DNA of 64,000 bases from Chiloscyllium plagiosum (Eukaryota), in contig NC_057753.1 in the NCBI RefSeq assembly GCF_004010195.1, positions 13,988,485 to 14,052,484 on the forward strand, read 5' to 3'. A program made the translations under genes and the position numbers. The notes under the pieces were generated by a model. It did no database searches and had not been told where the DNA came from. It was given only the letters and a program-made list of their open reading frames with translations. This document shows positions 11,014 to 23,846 of the stretch, piece after piece (the stretch's first letter is position 1; every line of letters begins with the position of its first letter).

Positions 11014-11834
11014 ATCACAGGTTTCTGGGTCACAGATGCGGCATCTTCAGCGTTGTTCTTAACAGGGTTTCGTGGAACTGTGGTGCATAGCTGTGAGTGA
11101 AAAGTCCCGGAGGACAATCCAGACAAAAGACCATTTAAAATTGCTCTCACCAAATACTGATTCCGATTGGCGCTTCAATCATATGAGGTCCGAAGTCTTT
11201 GCTGTTTATTTGAGGTTCCCTGTAAGGTCCTCACTCATATTCATTGAAAATATAAACTCTGCAATCGGCTTGATACTAAAAATATCCACGTAACTCCGTT
11301 TTATAAGAAGAAAAAGAACAGCTAGCTTTTCGATGTGGAATGCCAGCATGCAATAGTTGCCAGGCGAGGTAATCCTTGGTCATTACAGTAAACTGATTGA
11401 ACACATATCAGTTTTAAAAATACACATATAAAGACTAAGAATCTACAATACAATAAAGTGAAAATGGGATATTTTCACCAGTTGATAGGAAGATCGCCAA
11501 CAGTTCATGACAATAATCTGAAAGAACAGGTTTCATTGGTCAAGAATCCAAACGAATATAAAAGCCGGTTGGATAATTAATATTTGTGCCATAGAACGTT
11601 CGACGCACATTTAGAAATCCGAATTAGTCAGATAACGTTATGCGTGAATAAAAGTAATTGTTTTGTTTTTCTGCACCTTTCCGTGGTGCGATTATGTTAA
11701 CTTTAAATATCATTGAACGATTGGAAAACAATGTCAAGTCAGACATTGAGGGAAGCTATTCTGTCCGCAAGTTTTTAATTTACAAAACCATGCGAATTTC
11801 CTAATAATGTTTTTGAATAATGTTCAGATTAAAT

Positions 11835-12170
11835 CATGGAGTCCCTACAGTGTGGATACTGGCTCCTTGTCCCATCCATTCCTCACCAACCCTCCAAAGA
11901 GAACACCACCCAGACGCGTTTCCCTACAAAGCTGCCCGATATTTGACAAACTAATGCACCTAACCTACACATCCCTGAACAATAACGGCAACTTCAAATG
12001 GCCATTTCACCTAACCTACACATCTATGGATTTTGGGAGGAAACCGCATTACCCAAGACTGGGTGAGAAAGTGCAACCTCTACACAGCCAATTGCCCGAG
12101 GTTGGAATGGAGCCCGGGTCCCTGGTGCTCTGAGGCAACAGTGCTAGACACTGAGCCACTGTGCCATTTG
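11835..12170 (-). mobile_element. Old HE1-type SINE, shared by all units (also ~20655-20990 and ~31335-31680)
   Basis: Diverged match to the young SINE at 23528 (ctacagtgtgga ... gagcccgggtccctggtgctctgaggcaacagtgct). Confidence 0.7.
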
Positions 12171-12505
12171 CTGAGAAGCAAGGATGGAAAAGACAAAACC
12201 TTCCTCAATGCCGCATCTATTAATCTCTTTTGTTAAATATTTAGATACACATCAAATCACAGCTTTTCAAGAATCGTACATGTTGCAGATCATAAGAATG
12301 TAATTGCAGTTGCGTTATTCATCTAACTGATGAAGCACAGATACGATTGGTGCCATTTGAATGTTTTATGTCTATGTGGGAAGAAGTTAATATGAACTGA
12401 GATTAAAATCACATGTATGTCATGACGTTACGGGTCAGGAGTAGAGAAAATACCCAAGCCATATTTCAATTGTAATGGTGTTTTTTGTGTAATTTCAGGG
12501 CGAGG

Positions 12506-13415
12506 TGTTATGAAGGTGTAGATGTGTGCTGTAATTTTAAGACAGTTGAAAAGGTAGCAAAGACTGCCAAAGCACAGAGACTGCTGAACAAAGTAAGAAT
12601 GTAACAGTCGGTCAAAACAAATAGCTGCGGATGAATTTCCATGAAACAAAATCAAATTCAAATTCGGCCAATCATTTTCAATTCTGCTCCAAGACACCAA
12701 AGTGGAATCAATTCTGAACGCTGGATTTTGATAATATTAATGCCAAATAAGCGATCCGGTGTTATGGGGTAGAAAACCGGACATTCTGAACGGATAATAG
12801 GAGAATTGCCAAGGACCAACATATGGGCTGCTAGCTGAAGAGCTCTCTGAAAGATATCTGCCCATAAGCCGTTTGCACAGTACAAAAATGAAACTGACCG
12901 AGAGAAGACATACAGATGAAAATCTGCAAAGGAGAATCGACGAAACTGACTGGTTTTGAAACGTCATTGTTTTCTTTGTAAACTTTAATCGGGATTATTT
13001 TTATCAGACAGGTATTGTAGAGTGGGAGGTATAAGCATGGTTAAGAAAAACACATGCGTAAATAGTTGTTGGCTTTATTATTCTCTGTCGGACTTAAAAA
13101 TAAAGTTTTTAATGTTTACTTTAAATTGTGTTCTCTGGGATCGGTCTTTGCCTCTCAAATTCTGACAGATTACAGCACAAGGGGAACATTTTAGAGTGGG
13201 AGGTATAAGCATGGTTAAGAGAAACACATGCGTAAATAGTTGTTGGCTTTATTATTCTCTGTTGGACTTAAAAATAAAGTTTTTAATGTTTACTTTAAAT
13301 TGTGTTCTCTGGGATCGGTCTTTGCCTCTCAAATTCTGACAGATTACAGCACAAGGGGAACATTTCCTGTCTGGGTAGTTTAAATTAGCAGGGGAGATTA
13401 CCCCGTGTCACAACA
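12506..13415 (+). mobile_element. Gypsy LTR copy (unit B), preceded by pol 3' end and PPT remnant
   Basis: TGTTATGAAG...TCACAACA; homologous to 4184-4923 with the same flanks on both sides. Confidence 0.8.
13018..13365. repeat. 174-bp tandem duplication inside LTR B
   Basis: tagagtgggaggtataagc starts at 13018 and at 13192; copies nearly identical. Confidence 0.9.
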
Positions 13416-13586
13416 ACAATATTCAAAACTTGTTGCTTCGTGAGTAGAACTCACTAATATAAACTAAGTATGCAAGGAAATGTCGTCTGTTTCTGTTCAG
13501 TCTTATGGTCTCATCATTGTCATCTCTCAGAACATTTTGTGGGTCTCTCCTAGTCAGGGTGCAATTGTCCATGCTTCCCAGTGTGA

Positions 13587-13602
13587 TGGCGCCTTCTGGT
13601 GA
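13587..13602 (-). promoter_or_regulatory. CTCF-like element, unit B (one extra mismatch)
   Basis: Minus strand TCACCAGAAGGCGCCA, ~24 bp beyond the nonamer at 13627-13635. Confidence 0.45.
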
Positions 13603-13626
13603 TCACTAACTTGAACTTGAAGGATG

Positions 13627-14357
13627 GATTTTTGTACGAGATCTGCTATATTTGTCATTTCACTACAGTGCTAACTGGCACATAGGTGCATGAAAATGTA
13701 GGAGGAGAGGGTATTTCTGACTTTTAGTTTAATCTCTTACACGTTTCTTTTAAAGCTGAGAGTAAAATGCATTACTGATGCAGTTATATTTCTACACACT
13801 GGTCCCAGTAAGTCGAAAGATGAACTGTGGAGGCGACCTGTACCACAATACATAAGATTTGCATTACTCCTCTTCAAATTGCAGCTTGGGGAGATATTCT
13901 TTCCCTCTTCAACTGTCATTTCAGCAACGGGTTGTTCAATTGTGTACTGCTGGCTCCATTTCAACACATGGAAAATGCCAAATTAAAAAGCGAGAATCTC
14001 CACCAAAATCAGATTGACCAACGCAATTGTCACATTCACGGTGATTCGACCAAAAATAATATTTGATTTGCAACAATGAGTTCTGTTCTGACAAGGACAT
14101 GGTTTTGTCAGCGGATACAATGGTGAGGAATGGCGGAAGGCATTTGCACATGTTGATTCCTGTCTCTGTACATCTGCACTGGTGGATGTTCGCTGTCAAT
14201 GCAGAAATACAGATCCCTGCCACATTTCTTTGCTGATCATATCTGTAGCAAGATTTGTGTACCGGCAGAAATCTCTCCTAGAACAAATCTTGGCCAAAGA
14301 GAAGGAGACAGTTGAGAGGTGAATAGCATGAAATGGAAGCCATGGTGGGGATACCAT
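13627..14357 (-). pseudogene. Antigen-receptor V pseudogene B (inverted)
   Basis: WSQQYTIEQPVAEMTVEEGKNISPSCNLKRSNANL../LWYRSPPQFIFRLTG...KLKVRNTLSSYIFMHLCAS*; CACtgtAGTG, then 25 nt, then ACAAAAATC; leader-like MVSPPWLPFHAIHLSTVSFSL from 14357. Stops and frameshifts. Confidence 0.8.
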
Positions 14358-17300
14358 GCAGTCTAAATTTGATGATGTGTTCGATGAATCTCAGACATAC
14401 TCGGACCTGTTTGATTGGAATTAATTATGTTTACGTTTCCAATTTGTGCCCTATTCTTTATACATGGGCAAGATTACCCCTCATGTTTCAATAATCTATA
14501 TCTTGAGTAAAAGCTTCAAGATAATTTAACATTAACCAGCTGGAGGTTCAATCATTGGAAATACAATTTTAGATAATCGAGGCCATTTCTACTGCACCAG
14601 ATTGGGGAATGAAGAATCGTCCAGTAGAGAGAGAGCATCAGCAAATATAATGTCCGACTATGCCATCATCTCTGCTTCGCAAATGAATACCTCCAAGTAT
14701 TCAATATTTTAATTCCAGAACGTAAATACTGAATTAAGAAATAGCATAACAACATGAGGGAATGTACGTTGCAGGGGCAAACGGTCGTGTTGTAGTAATG
14801 TCACTGCTCCTTCGAATTAAAAAAAGCTCAGGCTGAAGATCGCAGACAGAATGCCTGACACAATGCAAATTCAGTTAGTTAAATTCTGAAATCACGTAGC
14901 ACAAGTAGCGGTCGACGTGAAAGAGTAATGGGTTTGTTGTATACTGACATCATTTACAGGAAGAAGGATGCCAAAATTATCTGGTGAGGTGTGCATTCCA
15001 CTTCATACATAAGGAGTCTGTAATGTGGACTCTCCTTTGCTCTCTGAGAAGACCTGGAAAGAACTCAGTTCAAGATTAATATTGTCTTTCATGGTGACAT
15101 CCTCAATTCATGACGGAATGAAACTAAAAAAGAAAAACGTTACTCAATGAAGGGCCATTATCCTTTGAAATTTTGTTTAAGTTACAGACTATATTTTAAA
15201 ATATTTTAGCTGGCATTGTTAATGAAATTTTGTCCAAATAGCGGTCTATGGCAACGTGCTGAAGAGTAGCACTCACGGAGCGAAGACATTCTTCCTCATC
15301 TCTGTCTTAATTTGAGCTTTTTATTCTGAGACTGTTCCTTCTAGTCCCACACTCTCACATGAATGAAAGCATTTGTCCCAGTGTTTACCCCGAGAAGTCC
15401 TCAATGGTAATGGCCGCAGTCTGATATATTTCAAAAAGATGACCTCTCATTCCACTGAACTGTTATCTCTACTGTTTGAATCCTTTTTTTTTGTTTGTAC
15501 GAAAAATCTCTTCAGTCTCGCGATTATTCTAATGAATTACCTCTGAACTGACTCTCATGAAACTTTGCCTTTATTTGAATAAGTGGGTCAAAATGCTCCC
15601 AGAACACCAACTGTGATACCTGTGTCCTGAACAGTTAAATTGCGAATTCCCTGCTCTGAAGTTTCAAACCTCTTGACGTAGGGCCAACGCTCCGTTATCC
15701 TTCTGATTACCTGATTCACGTGAGCACTATTGACTGTGTTCTGTGCACGTATACCTTAAATTCTCTTTGTATTGCAACTTTCTTCACTTTCAGTCCATTT
15801 GAAAAAGAACACTGCTGTTTACTCTTTCACACGTTTCCACACTACCCGTCAAATGCTAATATATCGCCCACTTGCAGCATCTGTTAACTCTCTTATACCA
15901 GTTGTATTATTTTCAGAGTTTGCGATTTTACTTATTTTTGTATCAATTGCAAATTTGGCTGCAGTGCATTCGTTCCTTTCTCCAAGGTATGAACGTTTGC
16001 ATATTGGAAAATATTATCATCGGATCAGTGATCCCAATGGGACCCCAATAGTTCCAGGAGGCCAAGCTGAAAATTAACTGCTTTCCCCATTCGCTTTTTA
16101 TGTTTATCAGTCAATTCCTCATCCATAGCAATATTGCACTTCCAACAATGGGTTCTTATTTCCTGACAAACCATTCTGAGGTACCTTGTCAAGTGTTTCC
16201 TGGCACTCCAAAATGATACATATGCCTGTTGTCCTCTATCCAGTCGATTTGCAATGGACTCACAATTCTCTGAAAAAATAATCAGTCCTAATTTAGCTTT
16301 CCTGATGAGTAACTGAATTTCAAAATGTGCTGGTATACCTTCCTCCATAACTTATTACAACACATTTTCCATATGTGAAACACAAGCAGAAATCGCTGCA
16401 GAAATTCAGCAGATCTGGCAACATCTATAGAAAGAGAACTAATGTTGAGGGTACGTTGTCCCTCTGCGGAAAAGAATATTGGTTTCAGAATGTTAACTAT
16501 GTTTTTTTTCTGATCCACCATGATTTCAAAACATGCAAGTGCTGTGTCGAAAATTTGGATTGAGTTTGCCTTTGAACGTTGAGTATTTTCTGTTAGAAAG
16601 TATTCGCCTGAACATTAGGTTTTTCTACTTGCTGGTAAACGTCAATAAGGAGTCTGCAATAACCCAGTCACAGTAAATCCTTTCATGTGAAGGAGCATCA
16701 ATTAAAACTCAGTGAAATACATGTCGTGTTTTATTACAAACTGTCAAAGAGACAGTTAAATTATTATGAATGTCAACATGTGTGTTTTTGTTTGACAGAG
16801 CAGCTCCCACGTTTTATAATTACATATCTACTGCTAACAAACCGCTATTCCTACACAGCCGATCAATCAGTCCTAACTTCACTGATACTGTGTGAAGCAG
16901 ACACCATCTTAGCGACATCACTGAGTTTAAATCATCATTATAGCACTAATCCTTTGGAGGCCATAATACGTTACCTGCCCGAAGTTCAAGTGTCTATGCA
17001 TAGACACCTTAATCATTGGCACTCAAAACAACATAGTATGGGCAATTTCACTTCAATCTATGCATCTCCAAGATATAAGTAATTGAACGGATGACATTGA
17101 GTTCAACTCCTGAACTGGGCCCTCTCATGTCAAGAACTGGAGAATAAACGAACAGTGAGCAGATGGCTGTCAGCTTCTAACCATGTCAACACTTAACTAA
17201 TCGGCAGAAACTCGTGATGTCACTGAATGTTAACTCCATTCTTGCGTGTAACTATTGCAATGTGAGTTTGCATTATGAAAATTCACATCAACTGCCTCCA

Positions 17301-18368
17301 AACATGGCTGTTACTTTATATTTATTCTTCGCAACTGCAGCTCTCAAAACTGGTACCTCATTATAAAATTTACACACTACTCCATGCAGGTAGCCCTGAT
17401 ATCGTTTAGATGTGATGTCTGTATAATTTGAGGAAGATGAGTTATCAGATAATGCCAGAGCATAATGATAACCAATTGAAGTTCTGCAATTGTAAATTTC
17501 TGCGTTTGGAAGAAGTGCAAACAGCGATAAGTTTTCAAAATTAATGGTGGCAAATCGTAAAAGTTATTTGAAGATGGCTGCTGCACATTCATTGCAACTA
17601 TATCAGCAGAATCGGGAAAATGCCCAACAAGCCTAAGTTACATTTCTAACTTCCTCACCTCCTAACTTCGTAACTGCTGATGTTATCAGAGCTGAGGATT
17701 TCCTAGATTTTCTGTCTACATCGACTGTGTAAAAAGTGGGGGTAATTTTACAAACAGTGAGCTGTTGATGACTGTCAGAGCAATATATTACTGAAAACTG
17801 AAAGTGACAACGAGAGGACTCAAGCGGGAGTATCACACAAAACTACTACTACGTTGGCAACCAAGTGAACAGCTGAAGGGCTGTGCAAGGAGAAACATTG
17901 ACCATTATTTAACAAAGAGCCTGTTTGTTCCTATCAAACCAAAGAAATGAACGAGCTTTCCGTTGCAAATTAATTCCACAGTTAGCAACAGGCAGATTAA
18001 GTATGATGGAGTTATTACAAGTCCCCTCTAACATACGCTGCCGATTGCCCTCGCTCGCTGTTTTGGTGCTGCTAACACGGAGTGAGTAGGGATAACCATT
18101 CCCTCATATGTCACGCATTGAAGTTTATCAGATGTCACCACTCTCTAAACCCAACTGACGAGTGCCAGTGAGTGAAAAGGAACTTTGAATTTCAACAAAT
18201 ATATTTATTTCCCGTAAATGACATATTTCAGACCATTAAGTGTCTAAAACGCTCAGTTTCAGACAAACGTGTCTTTGCTTACTCATTTGATACGCTACTC
18301 ATTACAATGCCCATTATTGTTTCTCTTCTCTGACATCGACTTAGACATATGGTTATCTACATCATCAG

Positions 18369-18561
18369 GAGAAAGTGAGGTCTGCAGATGCTGGAGATCA
18401 GAGCTGGAAATGTGTTGCTGGAAAAGCGCAGCAGGTCAGGCAGCATCCAGGGAACAGGAGAATCGACGTTCCTGAAGAAGGGCTTATGCCCGAAACGTCG
18501 ATTCTCCTGTTCCCTGGATGCTGCCTGACCTGCTGCGCTTTTCCAGCAACACATTTCCAGC
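18369..18561. mobile_element. Palindromic non-autonomous Penelope-derived insertion in the V2 promoter
   Basis: 15-bp TSD TATCTACATCATCAG (18354-18368 and 18562-18576); perfect 69-bp inverted repeat (18402-18470 / 18494-18562); absent at the equivalent site in units A and C. Confidence 0.88.
18472..18496 (+). ncRNA. Minimal hammerhead-ribozyme-like core
   Basis: CTGAAGA-A-GGGC-TTAT-GCCC-GAAAC: CUGANGA box, 4-bp stem II, GAAA box, as found in Penelope pseudo-LTRs. Activity not shown. Confidence 0.55.
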
Positions 18562-18616
18562 TATCTACATCATCAGACGATCAGTCTCGAGTCATTCTAT
18601 CGCGTAATCCTCAGGA

Positions 18617-18626
18617 AGTGACATCA
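18617..18626 (+). promoter_or_regulatory. CRE-like decamer in V2 promoter
   Basis: AGTGACATCA, 92 bp upstream of ATG 18719. Confidence 0.65.
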
Positions 18627-18718
18627 ATTGAACAAGCCAATGCTGGCAGTGTTTTATTGCCTGACACTCTGCAATGTTGTGAAGTATTGAAACATCGCTA
18701 GCATCAGGAGCAGCAGTG

Positions 18719-18764
18719 ATGTGGCTGTCCGTCCTCTCTCTGATGTGGGTAACATTTCTTATTG
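18719..18764 (+). CDS. TCR V2 leader exon
   Basis: MWLSVLSLMWVTFLI-G|GTAAG, 46 nt, phase 1. Confidence 0.92.
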
Positions 18765-19495
18765 GTAAGAACTGAACTTTTAAACGAGGATTTAATCCCC
18801 AGATGTATGCATTTTTTGAAGCAGAATGATCGCATTAGATAAGTATCTGAGCATTTGTACACTGGGATGTGCACTTCTTGTGTCATTCTTGGCTGTAGAC
18901 CTAAGGTATACAACCGCACATGGAATACGACTTGTGCAGATGATGCTTGAATTTCAAGAATTGAACAGTCAGAAAATAATATCTAAGCTTCTGATCTATT
19001 CCCTACTGGTCACAAGACTATAGGGTAAGCAAACTGACATCTTTACACTGATTAAACGGTCTTAGGTTCTGGACAGAGAAGGGAATATTGTACTTGGGAA
19101 GGATTTCATATTTATAAGTTTAATTGAAAAATAATTAAGTGGCACAAGATCCAAAACAGATTTCTAACTAATTCTTTTTAGATGCAGAATGTCGAGAATC
19201 TGGCTGTTTTTTTCCACAAGGGGTATTTGAGACAACTGGAAAGACGTATTTTAAAGAACGTGCATAAAAATAGGGATGTAGAAATGGTTGGAGATATTTA
19301 CAGATAGAATTACAGGGAGAAGTAAGCAGGCTACTCGTTGCTTTTAGTTGCATGGACATGAGCGTGATGTGCTAAAGGCACTTTTTGTTGCTCTCAATTC
19401 TGTCTGTCCTGTTTACACCATGAAATTCCATCTTCAGTTCAGTTTATTTGCATATTTCATTACTGATTTCCGCGTTCCGTAACATTGTATTCCAG

Positions 19496-19799
19496 ATCTG
19501 AGCGATGGAGATTCTGTCACTCAGCGGGTTCCTTACCTCACACAGACGGAGGGAGAAGATGTCACCTTTAACTGCACTTACACTGGAAGCCCTAATTACG
19601 TGTTCTGGTACCGTCAATATCCAGGCAGGCAGCCCGAGTTCGCAGTCTGGAGGTACACGAATGCTGAGGCTGAAAAGAAGGCGGATTTCGCTCAGACCCG
19701 GTTTTCTATTGCCTTCCAGCGTACAGACAAGTTTTACCAATTGACAATTTCGGACATCCTTCTGGCTGACGCCGCAGTATATTACTGTGCAACGAGTCT
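19496..19799 (+). CDS. T-cell receptor alpha/delta-type V exon (V2), apparently functional
   Basis: Acceptor tgtattccAG; DLSDGDSVTQRVPYLTQTEGEDVTFNC...VFWYRQYPGRQPEF...LTISDILLADAAVYYCATSL; 304 nt like V1; open frame. Confidence 0.95.
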
Positions 19800-19838
19800 C
19801 ACAGTGACGCGAACCAGCTGAAGCCTCGTACAATAACT
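19800..19838 (+). other. V2 23-RSS
   Basis: Consensus heptamer CACAGTG, 23-nt spacer, nonamer ACAATAACT. Confidence 0.95.
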
Positions 19839-21832
19839 ATCACAGGTTTCTGGGTCACAGATGCTGCACCTTCAGCGGTTTTTTTTAACAGTGTTTCATA
19901 AGTGGAAATGTGGTGCAGAACTGTGAGTGAAACGTCCTGGAGGACAATCGAGACAAAATACCATTTCAAATTGCTCTCAGCAAGCACTGATCCTGATTGC
20001 CCCTTCAACCATGTGAGGATTGTTTATTTGAGGCTCCCTGTAAACTCTTCATTCATTTAAAATACAAACTCCGCAACCGTCTTGGTACTAACAATATCTG
20101 TGTAACACTGTTTTAGGAGAAAAAAAGAACAGACAACCTTTTGATGTAAAATTCTGCAATGCAATAGCTGCCAGGTGAGGAAATCCTTGGTAATTACAGT
20201 AAACTAATTGAACACCTCTCAGTTTTAAAAATACACACGTAAACACTAAGAATTTACAATATAATAAAGTGAAAAGGGATATTTTCACGAGACGAAGGAA
20301 TCATTGCGATTATTGTTGTTTATAGCAATAATTTAAAAAGACAGATTTCCGTCCAGAAGCCGATTGAATATAAAAGCCTGTTGGATAATTAATATTTCTG
20401 CCATAAAATGTTAGAAGCACATTTAGAAATCTGAACTCATCAGATAACAGTATGTGCGAATAAAAATAATTGTTTTGTTTTTCTGAACCATTCGGTGGTG
20501 CGATCATATTGTAGTTAAACATTCATGAACGATTGGAAAGGAATGTCATGTCAGACATTTAGGGAAACTACTCTGTCCCCAAGTTTTTATTTAACAAAAC
20601 CGCGTGAATTTCCTAATAGCACATTTTTATAACGTTCAAAAGCTTTTCCGTGTAGATCATACAGTCCCTACAGTGTGGAAACAAAATCTTTGGCCCAACA
20701 AGTCCACGCCAACCCTCTGAAGAGTATGCCACATAGACCTATGTCCCTTCCATATAGTCGCAAACTTATCATAGTAATGCAGCTAACCTACACATCGCTG
20801 AACATTATGGGCAACTTAGCATGGCCAATTCACTTAAGACAAACCATATTTGGATACCAGAACATCCCAGTCAAATCCACGCAGCCACGGGGAGAATGTG
20901 CAACGCCGACACAGTCGCCCGAGGCTGGAATCGAGCCCGGGTCACTGGCGCTGTAAGGCCAGAAATGCTCACTACTAAACCACTGTGCTTCTTGCAAAGG
21001 AGAAAAGATGGAAAATACAAAACGTTCCCCAGTGCTGCATCTATTAAATCTTTTTGTGAAAAAATTGTGTCTATTTCAAATGACAGCTTTTGAAGAATGC
21101 ATTTCCAAAGAGTGTATTTATATGCAGGCTGCACACTTCCCCTTATCTCCATTTGTCCAACGTTGACCAACACTAACAGCATTTTTGAGCGCAGCTCGTT
21201 TGGTTCCTGTAACCGTGTCTCCCAACCCGCAGCAACACACAGATCGTGAAGTTTCCCTCATTTTCAAAGAGTCCAGGGATGCACAAAATCGAGTACGAAC
21301 CCCATTTGCTCTCACAGTATTCCCGTATGTATGGGAATTGCTCTTAATACCCACGTCCACATGGCAAAATTGAAAACATGTGCATTGACTTTGTTCGAAT
21401 AGCTGAAATTAATAATCACCAAATTTCTTCAAATTGTATCACTTTATTCAGCACCTGTGACACCAAATCCGCAAAACTATTGCCTCCAGAAATAGAGAAA
21501 CATAGAACATGAAAAATATGTCACCAAGTTATAGCATGGATTCTAAAACAGTGAAAACAGCAAAAGGGGCGATTTCTATTGCCAAATTATGTAAATGCTA
21601 ACATTTTACAACTCCGAGCTTAACAGTTAAGAGAGCTGCATCAGTATGGTAAGAGTAGATAAAACATGCCTAACCATTTGCAGAGAGAATGTTGGATTTG
21701 AACAAAAGGAGTTGATGATTAATTATTTTAGCTGAGAGACTTAAGTATCTAATCTGATTGGGTCTATTTCCGAAATTGTTACCAGGTTAGACACCTGACA
21801 GCTTCTTCAGACCTCAGCTCATGATGTCAAGG

Positions 21833-22128
21833 TTTTTTTTTAGATTGCTTACAGTGTGGAAACAGGCGCTTCAGCCAAACAAGTCCACACCGACCCGCAG
21901 AAGCGCAACCCACCCAGATCCCTACATTTACTCCTTCACCTAACACTACAGGCAATTTAGTAGGGCCAATTCACCTGACCTGCACATCTTTGGACTGTGG
22001 GAGGAAACCCACGCAGACACGGGGAGAATGTGCAAACTCCACACAGTCAGTCTCCTGAGACGGGAATTGAACCCGGGTCTCTGGCACTGTGAGGCAGCAG
22101 TGCTAACCATTGCGCCACCGTGACGCCC
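21833..22128 (-). mobile_element. Young HE1-type tRNA-derived SINE (unit B only)
   Basis: Reverse complement begins GGGCGTCACGGTGGCGCAATGGTTAGCACTGCTGCC; absent from the homologous site in unit C (~32520). Confidence 0.88.
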
Positions 22129-22726
22129 AAAAAGGTGGTGACCAATATCACATTACGTCAACATCAAGTGGTTCAGGCCCTGGATCTCACTTTTTTTTAA
22201 AAATGATGTACCCCAGCACAATGGGAAGTGCAGACATGCAAGAAGCCAGCTCACCACCATGTTCTCCTTGGCAGATAGGTTGGTCAAAGCCTCACTTCCA
22301 ATTTCTCTGTGACAATGGTTCCCCATGTTGGATAACAGATTGAACCCCTTGTCTCACACATATTTAGTTGAATGGCCTCTGGCTAATGTGTATTTACTGA
22401 TGTAGAACGTGTTGAGATGATGGAAAGCCTTGCAGAGAAGAAGATGAGACTATTTCATTGCATTCTTTGGTTACACACATTTAATATACCAATCGGAAAT
22501 GTTGCAGGTCGTAAGAAAGTAATCACAGTTGTGCTATCGCGGATGTAACTGATGAAGCATAGATACGATTGGTATCATTGGATGTATTATGTATACGTGT
22601 GAAGAACTTAATATGAACTGAGATTAAAATCACATGCATGTCATGAACCTCTGGGTCAAGAATAGAGAAGATAAATAAAACATCTTTTCATTATGATGAT
22701 TCATCTTTTTTTGTTCCAGGGAGAGG

Positions 22727-23451
22727 TGTTATGAATGTATAGAAGCGTACTGTACCTTTAAGCGAGTTGAAAAGCTGGCAAGGACTGACAAAGCACAAAC
22801 ACTTTTCAACAAAGTAAGAAAGTAACAGTTGGTCGAAACAAGTAGCTACAGATGAATTGCCATGAAACAAAAACTAACTGAATTCGACCAATCAGTTTAT
22901 ACTATGCTCCAAGATACCAAAGTGGTATAAAATTTGAATGTAGTATTTTGATAATATTAAACCAATGAGACGATCCGATGTTTTGGCGTAGAAAACTGAA
23001 CATTCTGAACGGTTAGTGGGAGAATTGCCAAGGACCAACATATGGACTGCGAGCTGAAGAGCTCTTTGGAAAGTACCAGTCCATAAGAGGTTTGCACAGC
23101 ACAACATCGAAAACGATCTACAGATGCAAATCTACAAAGGCGTATTGACAAAGCTGACTGGTTTTGAAACGTGATTTTTTTTTGTAAAGCTTAATTGGGA
23201 TTTTTAAGATCAGACCATTATTGTAGAGTGGGAGGTATAAATAAGGTTAAGAGAAAATAAAAGGGTGTAAATTCTTGTTGGCTTTAATATTCTCTGTTGG
23301 ACTTAAAGAGTAAAGTTTTTAATTTTTACATTAAATATTGATCCCTGGGATCGATTTTTGCCCCTCAAAGTTTGACAGATTACAGCACGAGGGGAACCAT
23401 TTCTGTGTGGCTAGTTTAACTTGGCAAAGGAGCTTACCCCGTGTAGGAACA
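22727..23451 (+). mobile_element. Gypsy LTR copy (unit C)
   Basis: GGGAGAGG-TGTTATGAA ... GGAACA; homologous to LTR A and LTR B with shared flanks. Confidence 0.8.
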
Positions 23452-23527
23452 ACAATACAAATAAACTTGTTGCAGGAATGAGTAGAACTCGCTAACACAA
23501 ACGAAGTGCGCAAGGAAAACGCTTCAC

Positions 23528-23846
23528 GGGCGGCACGGTGGCCTAGTGGTTAGCACTGCTGCCTCACAGCGCCAGAGACCTGGCTTCAATTCCCGCCTCA
23601 GGCAACTGACTGTGTGGAGTTTGCACGTTCTCCCCGTGTCTGCGTGGGTTTCCTCCGGGTGCTCCGGTTTCCTCCCACTGTCCAAAGATGTGCAGGTCAG
23701 GTGAATTGGCCATGCTAAATTGCCTGTAGTGTTAGGTAAGGGGTAAATGTAGGGGTATGGGTGGGTTGCGCTTCGGCGGCTCGGTGTGGACTTGTTGGGC
23801 CGAAGGGCCTGTTTCCACACTGTAAGTAATCTAATCTAATCAAAAA
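23528..23846 (+). mobile_element. Young full-length HE1-type SINE (unit C only)
   Basis: GGGCGGCACGGTGGCCTAGTGGTTAGCAC (A box), B-box-like TTCAATTCCC, (TAATC)n tail. Confidence 0.9.

Larger units (their letters stand above)
3981..12274. repeat. Segmental duplication unit A (Gypsy 3' end/LTR + psiV(-) + TCR V(+))
   Basis: Colinear similarity to units B and C along its whole length, starting at tacatgttgcggatcataagaatg (3981), which recurs at ~12278 and, more diverged, at ~22498. Confidence 0.9.
12277..22296. repeat. Segmental duplication unit B
   Basis: Colinear with A (LTR, psiV, intergenic, V, SINE); its tail 21100-22296 matches the unit C tail 31770-32688. Confidence 0.9.

Noticed and set aside
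11025-11045. CTCF-like ggtcacagatgcggca just 3' of the plus-strand V RSSs
   Set aside because: Requires indels to fit the core motif; too weak to call.
20871-21380. Minus-strand ORF with DAAL motif (VQPAYKYTLWKCILQKL...) shared with unit C
   Set aside because: No Cys/Trp framework or RSS, frame not conserved, and it runs into a SINE.
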